This document shows, piece after piece, positions 45,971-62,190 of a stretch of DNA of 64,000 nucleotides; the first letter of the stretch is position 1, and each line of letters opens with the position of its first letter. Both the position numbers and the translations under genes were made by a program. The DNA is from the human T2T-CHM13v2.0 reference genome, Homo sapiens: the NCBI RefSeq assembly GCF_009914755.1, contig NC_060939.1, one strand, 5' to 3'. The notes beneath the pieces were generated by a model, which was not told where the DNA came from, searched no databases, and saw only the letters and a program-made list of their open reading frames with translations.

Positions 45971-48160
45971 TGAGATGGGCTATGAGTATCCCAAATTTAG
46001 ATGTAAAATAAAATACCCTGATCATTTGGGAATTATGATGTGGAATAAAAGGTAAAGTGATGTTTCACAAGGCGTAATTAAAGGCTTGGGGGTGTGGGGT
46101 GCAGATAAATCTGAACACTGCTTCCTGTGGACCCTCCCCTTGGTTAACCCTCTGAGACCCCCGAGCTTTGCCAGCCTGGAGCAGTGGTGGGAGGCTGAGC
46201 AACTACAGAAATCTACATGTTTACGTTGGGCCTCAATAAAGGGGAATCTGCAAGTTTCCCTTTTGGAAATAATGGTGGTGGCAACCGAATGGAAGCTTTT
46301 GGGGTAGAGAGTGTGAGCACTCGAGAATGAATCCACTGCCTCTGTTCTGGGACTACTCTCTCTCAAATCACAAAATGCTCACGGGGCAGGACGGGTTTTC
46401 CTGCAGTCATTGCTGTTGACTGTGAATGTGGGGTTGGAAGGGTGGTGTGGTATTGGTCTATGGGTTTTGACAAACGGAAAGTGCCACGTATCCATTATGA
46501 CAATTATCACACAGGATCCTTTAACTACCCTCAAAAGAAATCCTCTGCACTTACCTATTCAACCCTCCATGTCCCCAAACCCCTGGCAACCATTGAGTCT
46601 CTATCATTTTGCCTTTTCCAGAATGTTATATAAATTGGATTGTGCAGTACATAGTGTTTTCAGAGTGGCGTCTTTCTCTTAGTAATACACATTTAAACTT
46701 CCTCCATGTTTTTGCAGGCCTTGATAGCCCATTTCATTTGATTGCTGAATAGTATTCCATTATGTGGATGTACCACAATGCATCGTTCACCTACTGAAGG
46801 ACATCTTGGTTGCTGACAGTTTTTCTCGAGTAGGAGCAAAGCATATGTTACCATTCATGTGCAGAATGTGTGTGTGGACTTCAGTTTTCAAAACAGTTGG
46901 CTAAATACCTAGGAGTGTGATTGCTGGATCATATGGTAATGCTGTGTTTAGCTTTGTGAGAGGCTGCCAGATTGTCTTCTGAAGTGGTTGTGCCATTTTG
47001 CATTCCTGCCAAAAATGAATGAGAGTCCCTGTTGCTCTGCATCCTCTCATCAAATGGTGTGGTCGTTTTTTTGGAACTTAGCCATTGCCATAAATGTAGT
47101 AGTAACTTGTTTTAATTTGCACTTCCTAATGGCAAATGCTGTGTAGCATCTTTTCATGCTTTTCATTCCAATTGCATATTTTTTGAGAAAGCGTATGTTC
47201 AATGTTTTGCCTATCTTTAACTTGATTTACAAGTGTCCTCCTTTATCCACCATCTTGCTTTCCACAGTCCAAATACGTTAAATGGAAACTTCCAGAAATA
47301 ATTCATAAGTTTTAAATTGCATGCCATTCTAAGTAGCATGATGAAATCTCAAGCCATCCCAGTCTGTCCCACTCAGGAATTGAATCATCCCTTTGCCCAG
47401 TGTTTCCTTGTTGTCCGTGTTACTTGCCCTTTAGTCACTTAGTTGTCGTCTCAGTTAATCAGACCCACTGTCATGGTATTACAGTGTTTGTGTTCAACTG
47501 ACTCTTATTTTACTTAATAATGTAACCTCCCAATGGGTTCTCCTTGCCCGCTGCCCAGATAGAGGGGAATTGCAACAGAGACAGCAGATTTATCAAGACA
47601 GGAAAATTTCAATACAGAAAGAGTTTAGTTCACACAGACTTGGCTAAACAGGAGACAGGAGTTTTATTAAATCAGTCTGCCACAGAATTCGGAGACTGGG
47701 GTTGTTCAAGGACAATTTGGCAGGTCAGTGGAGGGCAGGGAATGGGTCAGATTGGTCGGGTCAGAGGGGAAATCATAGGGGGTGGAACTGGGTTCTTTTT
47801 GCTGTCTTCTGTTTGTGAGTGGGATCGCAGAACTGGTTGAACCAGATGGCTGATCTTGGTGGCACCAGCTGGTGAATGAGAATGCAAGGTCTGATTCTGG
47901 AGCACCAGTCTTAGGTTTTATAATAAAAATGCTATCCCTAGAAGCAACTGGGGAGGTTAGGATTCTTGTGGCCTCTGGCTGCATGTCCTAAACCATAATT
48001 TCTAATCTTGTGCCTAATTTGTTAGTTTTACAAAGGCAGTCTGGTCCCCAGGCAAGGAAGGGGTTTGTTTCAGGAAAGGGCTGCTATCATCTTTGTTTCA
48101 AAGTTACACTATGAACGAAGTTCCTCCTAAAGTTAGTTTGGTGCATGCCCAAGAATGGGT

Positions 48161-50763
<2,603 letters not shown>

Positions 50764-51209
50764 ATGGACAAGGGCAATTTGGAGGTTAGAAGCAAGACAC
50801 ACAGTTGGTTAGGTCAGATCTCTTTCACTGTTATAATTTTCTCACTGTTACTTTTTTTTGCAAAGGCGGTTCTAATAATGGCTCCAAGGCACAAGAGTGA
50901 TGCTGACAATTCTGATATGCCAAAGAGAAGCCTAAACTGCTTCATTTAAGTAACTAGGTAATAGTTCTTGACTTAAAGAGGAAAGAAAAAAATATGTTGA
51001 GGTTGCCAACATTTACGCTAAGGATGAATCTTAAATCCATGAAATTGTGAAGAAAAAAAGAAAGACATTCTACATAGTATTTATATATATAGGGTTTGGT
51101 ACTTTCTGGAGTTTCAGGCAACCACTGGTGGTATTGGAACATACTCCATTTGGATAAAGAAGGAATACTATATTTGATTTCTTTTTGTTGAACTTTAAGA
51201 GATCTTTGC

Positions 51210-51381
51210 TTTTTTTTTTCCAACAGGTGCACACCAACACATGTAGATTATTTATTTATGTTTTTTTAGAAACAGGGTTTTTGCATATTGCCCATGCTGG
51301 TCTTGAACTCCTGGCCTCAAGTGATTCTCCTGCCTCAGTCTCCCAAATTGCTTGGGTTGTGGGTTTGAACCAAGCCTGGCC
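51210..51381 (-). mobile_element. Old Alu with most of the right arm deleted
   Basis: Poly-T joined to ACAGGTGCACACC, then the left arm. Confidence 0.8.
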
Positions 51382-51600
51382 TCTTATTTTGGGTATAAGT
51401 ATTTTTTCTGATATGTGTTTTGCAATATTTCTGCTAGGCTGTGACTTTACATTTCTTGACTTTTTTTCACATGGCAGTTTTAATAATAATTTTAATAAAA
51501 TCTAATTGATCATTTTTTAATTTTATGGAGTATGCTTTTGATGTTGTATTTAAAAATGTATTGCCAAATCCTAAGTGGCATAGATTTTCTCTTACAAATC

Positions 51601-52103
51601 TGTATTAGGGTTCTCTAGAGGGACAGAACTAACAGGATAGATGTATATATAAAGGGAAGTTTATTAAGTAGTATTGACTCGTACAATCACAACATGAAGT
51701 CCCACAGTAGGCCCTCTGCAAGCTGAGGAGAAAGGAAGCCAGTCTGAGTCCCAAAACCTCAAATGTGTGGAAGCCAGCAGTGCAGCCTTCAGTCTCTAGT
51801 TGAAGGTCCAAGAGTCCAAAAGCTGAGTCTGATGTTGAAGGGCAGGAAGCATCCAGCACGGGAGAAGAATGCAGTCCCAAAGATTAAGCCAGTCAAGTCC
51901 TTCCACGTTCCTCCTCCTGCTTTTATCCTAGCCACACTGGCAGCTGATTAGATGGTGCCCACCCACGTTGAGGGTGAGTCTGCCTCTCCGAGTCCACTGA
52001 CTCAAATGTCAGTCTCCTTTGGCAACACCCTCACAGACAGATCCAGGAACAATAGTTTACATCCTTCAATCCAATCAAATTCACACTCAATATTAACCAT
52101 CAC
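51601..52103 (-). mobile_element. MLT2A-type (HERV-L) solo LTR
   Basis: TGTATTAGGGTTCTCTAGAGGGACAGAACTAA...CAATATTAACCATCAC. Confidence 0.92.
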
Positions 52104-52208
52104 TGTATTATTCTAGAATTTTTATAGCTTTGCAATTTACATTTAGGCCTATGATTCATTTTTGAGGTAATCTTTGTGAAAGGATGAAGTTTTTGTCTAG
52201 GACCATAT

Positions 52209-52548
<340 letters not shown>

Positions 52549-53379
52549 TAGCATATGAATATCCAACTGTCCCAACACTATTTGTTAAAACAAACAAACA
52601 ACAACAAAAAACCACTGTTCCTTCTCCTTTGGATTGCCTGTGTGCCTTTCTCAAAAATCAATTGACTGTGAGGGTCTCTTTCTGGTCTCTCCATTCTGTT
52701 CCATTGATCTATGTCTATTTTTTTCAAGAATATCACACTGTCTGGATTGTTCTATCTTCATGTTAAGTTTTAGATTTGCTAGTATGAGTCCTCCGATTTA
52801 GCTTTTCTTCTTCAGTATTGTGTTGGCTATTTTAGGTCCTTTGTGTTTTTATAGGAATTTTAGAATACGTTGTTGATATCTAGAAGATGGCTCCCTGGGA
52901 TTTTGATTGGGATTTCATTGAGTCTGTAGGTCCAGTAAGGAAGGATGTATATTTTATCAATACTGAGCCTATTAACCCATGAATAGTGACTAGCTTTCCC
53001 TTTAGTTAGATCTTGATTTCTTTCATCAGTGTTTTGTAGTTTTGTGCATAGAGATCCTGTAAACATACATAAGTACTTCATTTTTGTGTGCTATTGTAAA
53101 TACTATTATTTTTTATATTTTAAGTTCCAATAGTTAATATTTTACTTATAGGAAAGCACCTGTATCCTCTGACCTTGTTATATTTGCCTATTAGTTCCAG
53201 GAACTTTATTGTAAATGTTTAGAAAATTTCTACATAGAAAATCATGTCCTCTTTTTAGTTTAGTGGTTAGTATGGGGAGAAAAAGAAAGTCATGTCATCT
53301 GTAAATAAAAATATCTTTCTTTGTATACTATTTTTTTCTTACTACATTAGTCAGGACTTTGAGTACGTTGTCAATTAAG

Positions 53380-53927
53380 ATCCCATTACTGGGTATATAC
53401 CCAAAGGACTATAAATCATGCTGCTATAAAGACACATGCACACATATGTTTATTGCGGCATTATTCACAATAGCAAAGACTTGGAACCAACCCAAATATC
53501 CAACAATGATAGACTGGATTAAGAAAATGTGGCACATATACACCATGGAATACTATGCAGCCATAAAAAATGATGAGTTCACGTCCTTTGTAGAGACATG
53601 GATGAAACTGGAAATCATCATTCTCAGTAAACTATCACAAGAACAAAAAACCAAACACTGCATATTCTCACTCATAGGTGGGAATTGAACAATGAGAACA
53701 CATGGACACAGGAAGGGGAACATCACACTCTGGGGACTGTTGTGGGGTGGGGGGAGGGGGGGAGGGATAGCATTGGGAGATATACCTAATGCTAGATGAC
53801 GAGTTAGTGGGTGCAGCGCACCAGCATGGCACATGTATACATATGTAACTAACCTGCACATTGTGCACATGTACCCTAAAACTTAAAGTATAATAATAAT
53901 AAATTTAAAAAAAATGTAAAAAAAAAA
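53380..53927 (+). mobile_element. 5'-truncated L1PA2/3
   Basis: Near-identical to 2073-2600; ORF2 C-terminus ...SLIGGN*, 3'UTR and poly(A). Confidence 0.96.
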
Positions 53928-54882
53928 GATTTATAAGAGAAGACATCCATTCCTTGTTCCTGATCATAGGAGGAATGCATTTAGTCTCTCACCACTATAA
54001 TGTTAACTATTTTCCCACATATACCCTTTACTAAGCTAAAGAAGCTCCCGTCTATTCCTGTTTTTTTGAGATTTTTTATTTGAATGGATAATAATTATTT
54101 TCAAATGATTTTTCTGCTTCGATTTATATGGTCATATTTTTTTCTTCTTTTTCAGTCTGTTAATATGATGAATTACCTAAACTGATTCACAAAATTTGAA
54201 CCAGCCTTGCATTCCTGGCACTAATATCCCTGATAATAATATGCTGTCATTTTACTGGATATTGGTGGATGATACTATGTTAAGGTATTTTGAATATATT
54301 TGACTTTAGCTTTCTTTTCTTGTAATATATTTGTCTGATTTTGGTATTAGGGTAATGCTGGTCTCATAAAATGAGCTGATATGTTCTCCCACTGCTGCTA
54401 TTTTGGGAAATATATTGTGAAAATGTGGAACTATTTCTTACTTAAAGAATTCACAACTAAAACCATCTATTCCTTGTGCTTTCTTTATTAAAAAGGTTTT
54501 AATTATTAAGACAATTTTTAATACATGTGGGGCTACTCAGGTTAATATATTTTTCTGTGTGTGAGTTTTCATACTTGTGATTTTTAAGTAATTAATTTAT
54601 TTTATCAAAGTTACCATATTTGTGGACATAGAATTTTTCACAGTATGCTCTTATTATCCTGTTAATACTCATAAGATCAATAGTGACTCCTCTTTTATTT
54701 TCTGATATTTGTTTATTCTGTTTTATTGGCTCTCCTAGCTAGATACTTTCCAATAACCATATTTTGGGTTGTTTTTCACTCTAATTCTTATCCTTGTTTT
54801 TTTATAGGTAAGATTTTTCTCCTCTGGCTTTTTAAAAAAGAGATTCTCTATTTTCCTTTGACTTTCTGATGTTTCAATAGGG

Positions 54883-54933
54883 GTGTGTGTGTGTGTGTGC
54901 GCGCGCTTGTGTGTATGTGTGTGTATATGTGTG
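54883..54933. repeat. (TG)n(CG)n microsatellite
   Basis: GTGTGTGTGTGTGTGTGCGCGCGC, an alternating purine-pyrimidine run. Confidence 0.9.
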
Positions 54934-56725
54934 TTTTAAGTGTTTATCTTATTTGGTACTTTTGAGCTCCTTGAATCTGCGGGTTTTAGGGAGGAATCTT
55001 TTATTAATTTTGGAAGTTATTGGCCATTATTATTTCAAGTATTTATTGTGCTCCATCCTTTTTTTCTTATCTTTCCAGTATTCCAATTATTAGTACTTAT
55101 ACCTTTTAAGACTATCACACAGTTCTTGGATGTCATTTCTATTTTTGGATTTTGTTTTCATTCCTTTTTTCCTCTTTGCATTTCACTTGTAAGGTTTCCT
55201 TTTTGTTTCAACATTTTTTTTTAGGTTCAGGGGGTACATGTGCAGGTTTTTACATGGGTAAATTGCATATCAGTGAGGTTTGGTGTATGAATGATCCTGT
55301 CACCCAGGTAGTGAGCATAGTAACCTGATAATGTATTTTTTCAGCCTTTGCCTCCTTCTCATCCTTTCCCTCTTAATAGTCTCCAGTATCTACTGTTCCT
55401 ATTTTTATGTCCATGTGTACTCAGTGTTTAGCCGCTACTTATAAGTGAGAACACAGGATATTTGGTTTTCTCTTCTTGTGCTAATTTGCTTAGGATAATG
55501 GCCTCCAGCTCTACCCATGTTGTTGCAAAGGACGTGAGTTAATTCTCTTTTATGGCTGCATATGTACCATGATGTATAGGTACTACATTTTCTTTATCCA
55601 GTCCACCTAGATGGGCATCTAGGTTAATTCCATGTCTTTGGTATTGTGAATAGTGCTGTGATGAACATACAAGTACATGTGTCTTGTTGGTGAAATGATT
55701 TATTTTCTTTTGGGTATATACCAAGTAATGGAATTACTGAGTCATCCTGTTTTCAGTTCTTTGAGAAATTGCCACATTGCTTTCCACAGTGGCTGACCTA
55801 ATATGTATTCCCACCAACAGTGTATGAGTGTACCCTTTTCTCTGCAACCTCATAAAGCATGTGGTGTTTTTTTTTTTACTTTTTAGTAATAGCCATTCTA
55901 ACCAATGTGAGATGATATCTCATTGTGATATTGATTTCATTTCTCTAATGATTAGTCATGTTGAGCATTTTTCATATGTTTGTTGGCCATTTGTATGTTT
56001 TCTTTTAAGAAGTGTCTGTTCATGTTCTTTGCCTACATTTTAATGGGTTTGTTTGTTTTTTGCTTGTTGATTTAAGTTCCTTATAAATTCTGGATATCAG
56101 ACCTTTGTTGGATTCATAGTTTGTGAATATTTTCTCTCATTCTCGAAGGTTGTCTGTTTACTCCGTTGATAGTTTCTTTCACTTAGCAGAAGCTCTTTAG
56201 TTTAATTAGGTGCCACTTGTCAACTTTTATTTTTGTTGCAATTCCTTTTGGGGATTCAGACATAAATTATTTGCCAAGGACAATGTCCAGAATGGTATTT
56301 GTAGGTTTTCTTCTAGGGTTTTCATGTTGTAGGGCTTGTATTTAACTATTTAATCCATCTTGAGTTGATTTTTGTATATAGTGAAAGGAAGGTGTTCAGT
56401 TTTGATCTTGTGCATACAGCTAGCCAGTGAGCCCAGCACTATGTAATAAGTTGGGAATCCTTTCCTTATTGCTTGTTATTGTTGAAGATCAGATGATTAT
56501 GATTACAGATGATTAGGTGTGTAGCTTTATTCCTGGGTTCTTTATCCAGTTCCATTGGTCTGTGTATCACTTTGTGTACCTGTACTATGTTGTTTTGGTT
56601 ACAGTAGCCTTGTAATATAGCTTGAAGTATGACCATGTGATGCCTCGAGCTTTGTTCTTATTGTTAAGGATTACTTTGGTTATTTGGGCTCTTCTCTGGT
56701 TCCATGTAAATTTTAGAATACTTTT

Positions 56726-57086
56726 TGATATAGTTTGGCTCTGTGTCCCCACCCAAATATCATCTTGTAGCTCCCATAATTCCCATGTGTTGTGGGAGGG
56801 ACCTGGTGGGACATGACTGAATTATGGGGGTGGGTCTTTCCTTCCCTGTTGTCATGATAGTGAATGGGTCTCAGGAGATCTGTTGGTTTTTAAAACAGAA
56901 GTTGCCCTGTACAAGCTCTCTTTTTGCCTGCTGCCATCCACATAAGATGTGACTTGCTTCTCCTTGCCTTCTGCCATAATTGTGAGGTTTCCCCAACCAT
57001 ATGGAACTGTAAGTCCAATAAAACATTCTTTTGTAAGTTGCCCGGTTGGGTGTTTCTTTATCAGCAACGGGAAAATGGACTAATAC
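56726..57086 (+). mobile_element. THE1-family solo LTR
   Basis: TGATATAGTTTGGCTCTGTGTCCCCACCCAAAT...TTTATCAGCAACGGGAAAATGGACTAATAC; TSD CTTTT. Confidence 0.92.
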
Positions 57087-57299
57087 CCTTTTTTTTCTAT
57101 TTCTGTAAAAATGATGTTGATAGTTTGATAGGAATGGTGTTGAATCTGTAGAGTGCTTTGAGACATATGGCCATGTTAAAGATACTAACTCATCTGAACT
57201 GTGAGCATCGAATGTTTTCCATTTGTTTGTGTCATCTGTGATTTCTTTCAGCAGTGTTTTTTAGTTATCCTTGTAGATATTTTTTACCTCCTTGGTTAG

Positions 57300-57651
<352 letters not shown>

Positions 57652-59553
57652 AGGATTGAATTGTTGAATTGGCTTTCAATTTGAATGTAGTTGGTATACA
57701 GAAATGCTACTGGTTTTTGTATATTTATTTTGTATCCCTAAACTTTACTGAAGTTGCTTATCAGCTCTGGGAGCCTTTTGGGGGACTCTTTAGGGCTTTC
57801 TAGGTATAGAATCATATTACCAACAAAGAGAGATAGTTTGGCTTCCTCTTTTCCTATTTGGATGCCTTTTATTTACTTCTCTTGCCTGCTTGCTCTGGCC
57901 AGGACTTCCAGTACTATGTTGAATAGGAGTGGTGAGAATGGGCATTCTTATCTTGTTCCAGTTCTCAAGGGTAATGCTTCCAGCTTTTGCCCATTCAATA
58001 TGATGTTGGTTGTGGGTTTGCCACAGATGGCAGTTATTATTTTGAGGTATGTCCCCTCTGATGTCTAGTTTATTGAGGGTTTTTATCATGGAAGGATACT
58101 AGTTTTATAGAAAACTTTTTCTGTGTCTGCTGAGATGATCACATTGTTTTATTTTTAATTCTGTTTATGTAGTGATTCACACTTATTGATTTGCACATGT
58201 TGAACAAGCCCTGTATCCTGCAAATAAAGTCAATTTGATCTTGGTCAATTAACTTTTTGATGTGCTGTTGGATTGATTTTGCTACTATTTTGTTGAGGAT
58301 TTTTGAATCTATCTCCATCAAGGATATTGGGCTGTAGTTTTCTTTTGTTGTTTTTGTTGTGTCTTTGCCAGATTTTGGTATCAGAGTGATGCTGGCTTCA
58401 TAGAATGATTTAGGGAGGAGTCCCTCCTCCTCAAATTTTTGGAATAGTTTCAGTAGGAATGGTATTAACTCTTCATTCTATGTCTAGTAAAATTGAGCTG
58501 TGAATCCATCTGGTCCAGGGCTTTTCTTTGTTGGTGTGTTTTGAATTACTAATTCAATTTCAGAACTCATTATTGATATGTCCAAGGTTTCAGTTTCTTT
58601 GTGATTCACTCTTAGGAAGTTGTGTATCTCCAGGAATTTATCCATTTTCCATAGGTTTTCTAGTTTGTGTACACAGAAGTGTTTATAATAGTTGCAGATG
58701 ATTTTTTGTGTTTCTGTGGAATCTGGTGTAATGCTACCTTTGTTGTTTCTGATTGTCCTTATTTGGATCTTCTGTATTTTTTTCTTCTTTGTTAATCTTG
58801 CTGCTGGTCTATTGATCTTGTTTATCCTTTCAAAGAATAAGCTTTTGGTTTTGTTGATCCTTTGTATGGATTTTTGGGTCTTGATTTCATTCAGTTCTGC
58901 TCTGATTAGTTATTTCTTTTTTTATACTAACTTTGGGGTTAGTTTGTTCCTTTTTTTAGTTCCTCTAGGTGTGATGTTAAGATTATTAATTTTAGATCTT
59001 TCTAACTTTTTGATTTAGGCATTTAGCACTATAAACTTTTCTTCTTAACACTGCTTTGGCTGCATCTCAGAGATTTTGCTATGTTGTGTTTTGTTTTCAT
59101 TTATGTCAAAGAATTTTTAAATTTTGGCCTTAATTTCCCTGTTTACTCAAAAGTCATTCAGGAACAAGTTATTTAATTTCCATGTAATTGTGTAGTTTGG
59201 AGAGATATTTTTATTTCACTATGACATGAAAGTATCATTGGTATGATTTCAATTTTTAAAAAAGTTATTCAGACTTGCTGTATGGCTGAGCATATGGTCA
59301 ATATTAGAATCTGTTCCAAGTGCAGATGAGAATAATGTATATTCTGTGCTTGATGGGTGGAGTGTTCTACAGATGTTTATTAGGTCCAATTGGTTGTGTC
59401 AAATTTAAGTCCAGAATTTCTTTGTTAGTTTCTGCCTCAATAATCTGTCTAATGCTGGCAGTGGGGTGTTGAAGTCTCCCACTATTATTGTATGGCGACC
59501 TAGGCCTTTTTTTTTTTTTTTAGGCCTAGAAGTACTTGTTTTATGAACAAGTA

Positions 59554-60836
59554 CTCAAGACTTTTTTGATTTGCCTGCATTTAAGGCTGTGGCCTTCATA
59601 AAATGTTTCTTACTCTCTTCTGATAAAATAGGCTTCTCCTCTATGACTGATTCTGATTCCCTTCACTGGCTGCAACACTGAATTTCTTCGATGTTGGGTG
59701 CATATATATTTATGATAGTTAAGTCATCTTGTTGAATTGAACGTTTTATTATATAGTGCCTTTCTTTGTCCTTTTTTACTGTTGTTAGTTTAAAAAAATT
59801 ATCTGACATAATAATACTGACTCCTGCTCCTTTTTGCTGTTTGTGTGATTGATCCTTACTTTGATTCTATGAATGTTGTTACGTTTAAAATGGATCTCTG
59901 GAAAACAGAAGATGTCTTTTTTTTTTTTATCCAACTTGAAAAATATGGAATGCTTCACACATTTGCTTGACATCCTTGTGCAGGCGCCATGCTACCCTTT
60001 TGTGTATCCTTCCAATTTTAATATATATCCTGCTGAAGCAAGCACCAATTGTAAAGTTTCTATTTAATTATCTTCCAGTTCACTGATCCTTTCCTCAGCT
60101 ATGTCAAAAGTCTATCAAAGAGATTTTTTAAAAATTTCCATTAAGGTGTTTGGTATTTCTAGCATTTCCTTTTTTTTTTTAAGTTTTTAATCACTGTTTA
60201 CATCTGTTCTTGAATGTTGTCTATCTACTTTTTTCATTAGGGACATTAACATATTAACCATAGCTGTCTTACATTCTCTGTCTGATAATTCCAACATCTT
60301 TGTCATATCACAGTCTGGGTCTGATTATTGAATTGTTTCTGTAGTCTGTGTTTTTCATTGTGTTTGGGCATGGACTTTTTGCAGTTAAAGCTGAACATAC
60401 TGTATCAGCCAGTAGGAACTGAGGTAACTAGGATTTTAAATGTGAGGATTTATGTTAATCTGGCCAGGAGTTGTGATTTGTTTAATATTTGTTGAAGTTG
60501 TAAGTACCAAAGGCTTCAAAAAAATGTAGTGGCCTTGTTTTTGTCTCCTCTTTTATTTTAAGGGATTTCCTGTGTTCTACCACTTACAACTAGTTTGTAT
60601 CTTGCAGCTGTTTCAGCTGTAATTTATTATTTTGGGGCTGCCTTGATGTGATCATAAGATATGAAGAAGAGGGTAACATTCTAAAATATTCTGAGTAAAT
60701 CTCAGGCTTTTTTTGATTTGCCTGCACTTAAGGCTGTGGCCTTCATAAAATGTTTCTTACTCTCTTCTGGTAAAATAGGTTTCTTCTCTATGCCTGATTT
60801 CGATTCCTCTCACTGGCTGCAGCACTCTGATTTTCT
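59554..60836. repeat. Dispersed direct repeat of about 130 bp (59554-59688 and 60701-60836)
   Basis: TTTTTTGATTTGCCTGCA(T/C)TTAAGGCTGTGGCCTTCATAAAATGTTTCTTACTCTCTTCTG...CACTGGCTGCA occurs in both. Confidence 0.95.
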
Positions 60837-61030
60837 TTCCTTGAATCCCACATTGACTATGGTTTTTGTTTTCTTTTGTTTTTCCTTTAGGTGAAACAGA
60901 AGGGGTGGAGTGTACGTTTCTCTGGTTATGTTTCACAACAGTTGCATTCCTCTTCCCAGACAGAGCTGAGTGTGGGTCTTTCTGAGATACTCACTTTGAG
61001 AACCTACTGGAGTTCTTGAAAGGAAATATT
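60050..61030 (-). mobile_element. Old L1M ORF1/5' region
   Basis: TCTTCCAGTTCACTGATCCTTTCCTCAGCT, TTCTCTGTCTGATAATTCCAACATC. Confidence 0.6.
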
Positions 61031-61209
61031 TGGGTTTTCTTCAAATCTTACTTCTGCCTCTAATTTCAAGAAAGTTTGCCTGATAAATGAGCAAAAATGA
61101 TATACTAAAGTCTTTCTTTATACATAAACTCTAATAGGCAAATAAGACCCCTTTATCCTTGCTTTTTCCAATTCACTCTATATGCAATACATAATCTGCA
61201 ATGGCCCTG

Positions 61210-62190
61210 GGACCTAAATGTGAAAGCTAAAACAATTAACCTTCTAGAAGAAATGAAAAAGTAGATTACCCCTATGACTTTGGGGTACAAAAATATTAAT
61301 TAAATAATATTGTAAGGCAGCAAATATTTTTAAAAGATTGATAATTTGGACTTTGTTAAAATTAAGAACTTTACATCCCACAAAGGATTGTAGGCAGAAC
61401 TTCAAATCAATAAAAAAAAAGGCAGGCAATCATATTTAAAATGGCCAAAATGCTGAATCAGAAACTTCAAAATGATAATGTTAAAGTGGCCAACAAACAT
61501 ATGAAAAAGTTCTCAATGCTATTACTCATCATGAAAAGGTAAAATTAGACTGTGAAATCACTAAACTTGAAGGGATTGACAATGTCAATTATGAAGGAAA
61601 TTGGACTTTCATATACTGCTAGTGGGAATGAAAGTGGTACAACCGCTTTGGGAAAATGTTTGGTAGTATCTAGTAAACATAGATATACCCTATGACTCAA
61701 CAAATTCTATCCTGAGAATATACCAAGAGAAACAAATACTTATGTTCATCAAAATATACTTAACAGTGATGTTGTAACGTCATTCATAATAGCTAAGTGT
61801 TGGAAATTATTCTGCTGTGTATCAGAAGTACGAGGGGACAATACATGGTGCTGTAGTCACACAGTGGAATACTACACAGCAATGAAAATGAAAAAGAAAA
61901 CTATAAAGGTATGTAATACTGTGGATTAATCTCACAGACATAAAGTGGATTGAAAAGTGCCACATACTGTGTAATTGCATTCATGGAAAGCTCAACATTC
62001 AAAACAAATCTATGGTGATAAAGTTAGAATAATGGTTGACTCTAGAAGGCCAGTAGCCTAGGCACTGAGGAACCATCCCAAGCATTGAGAATGCTCTGTT
62101 GAGGTGACTGATTGCATGGGTGTACACTTGAGTAAACCTTATCAAGCTGTACATTTAAGATTTGTATATCTACCAGATAAAATTTATATT
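61210..62190 (+). mobile_element. L1ME-type 3' region
   Basis: ACCTAAATGTGAAAGCTAAAAC...GGCCAACAAACATATGAAAAAG...GCTGTACATTTAAGATTTGTA. Confidence 0.8.

Noticed and set aside
42556-46366. Overlapping 60-114 aa ORFs in the unique island
   Set aside because: No recognisable domain, mostly non-ATG starts, and lengths expected by chance at this GC content.
59500-59528. TAGGCCT-poly(T)-TAGGCCT as a poly(A)-only insertion with TSD
   Set aside because: It is explained by the L1 consensus (CTAAGTCTCTTTGTAGGTCT-like) with T-run expansion.
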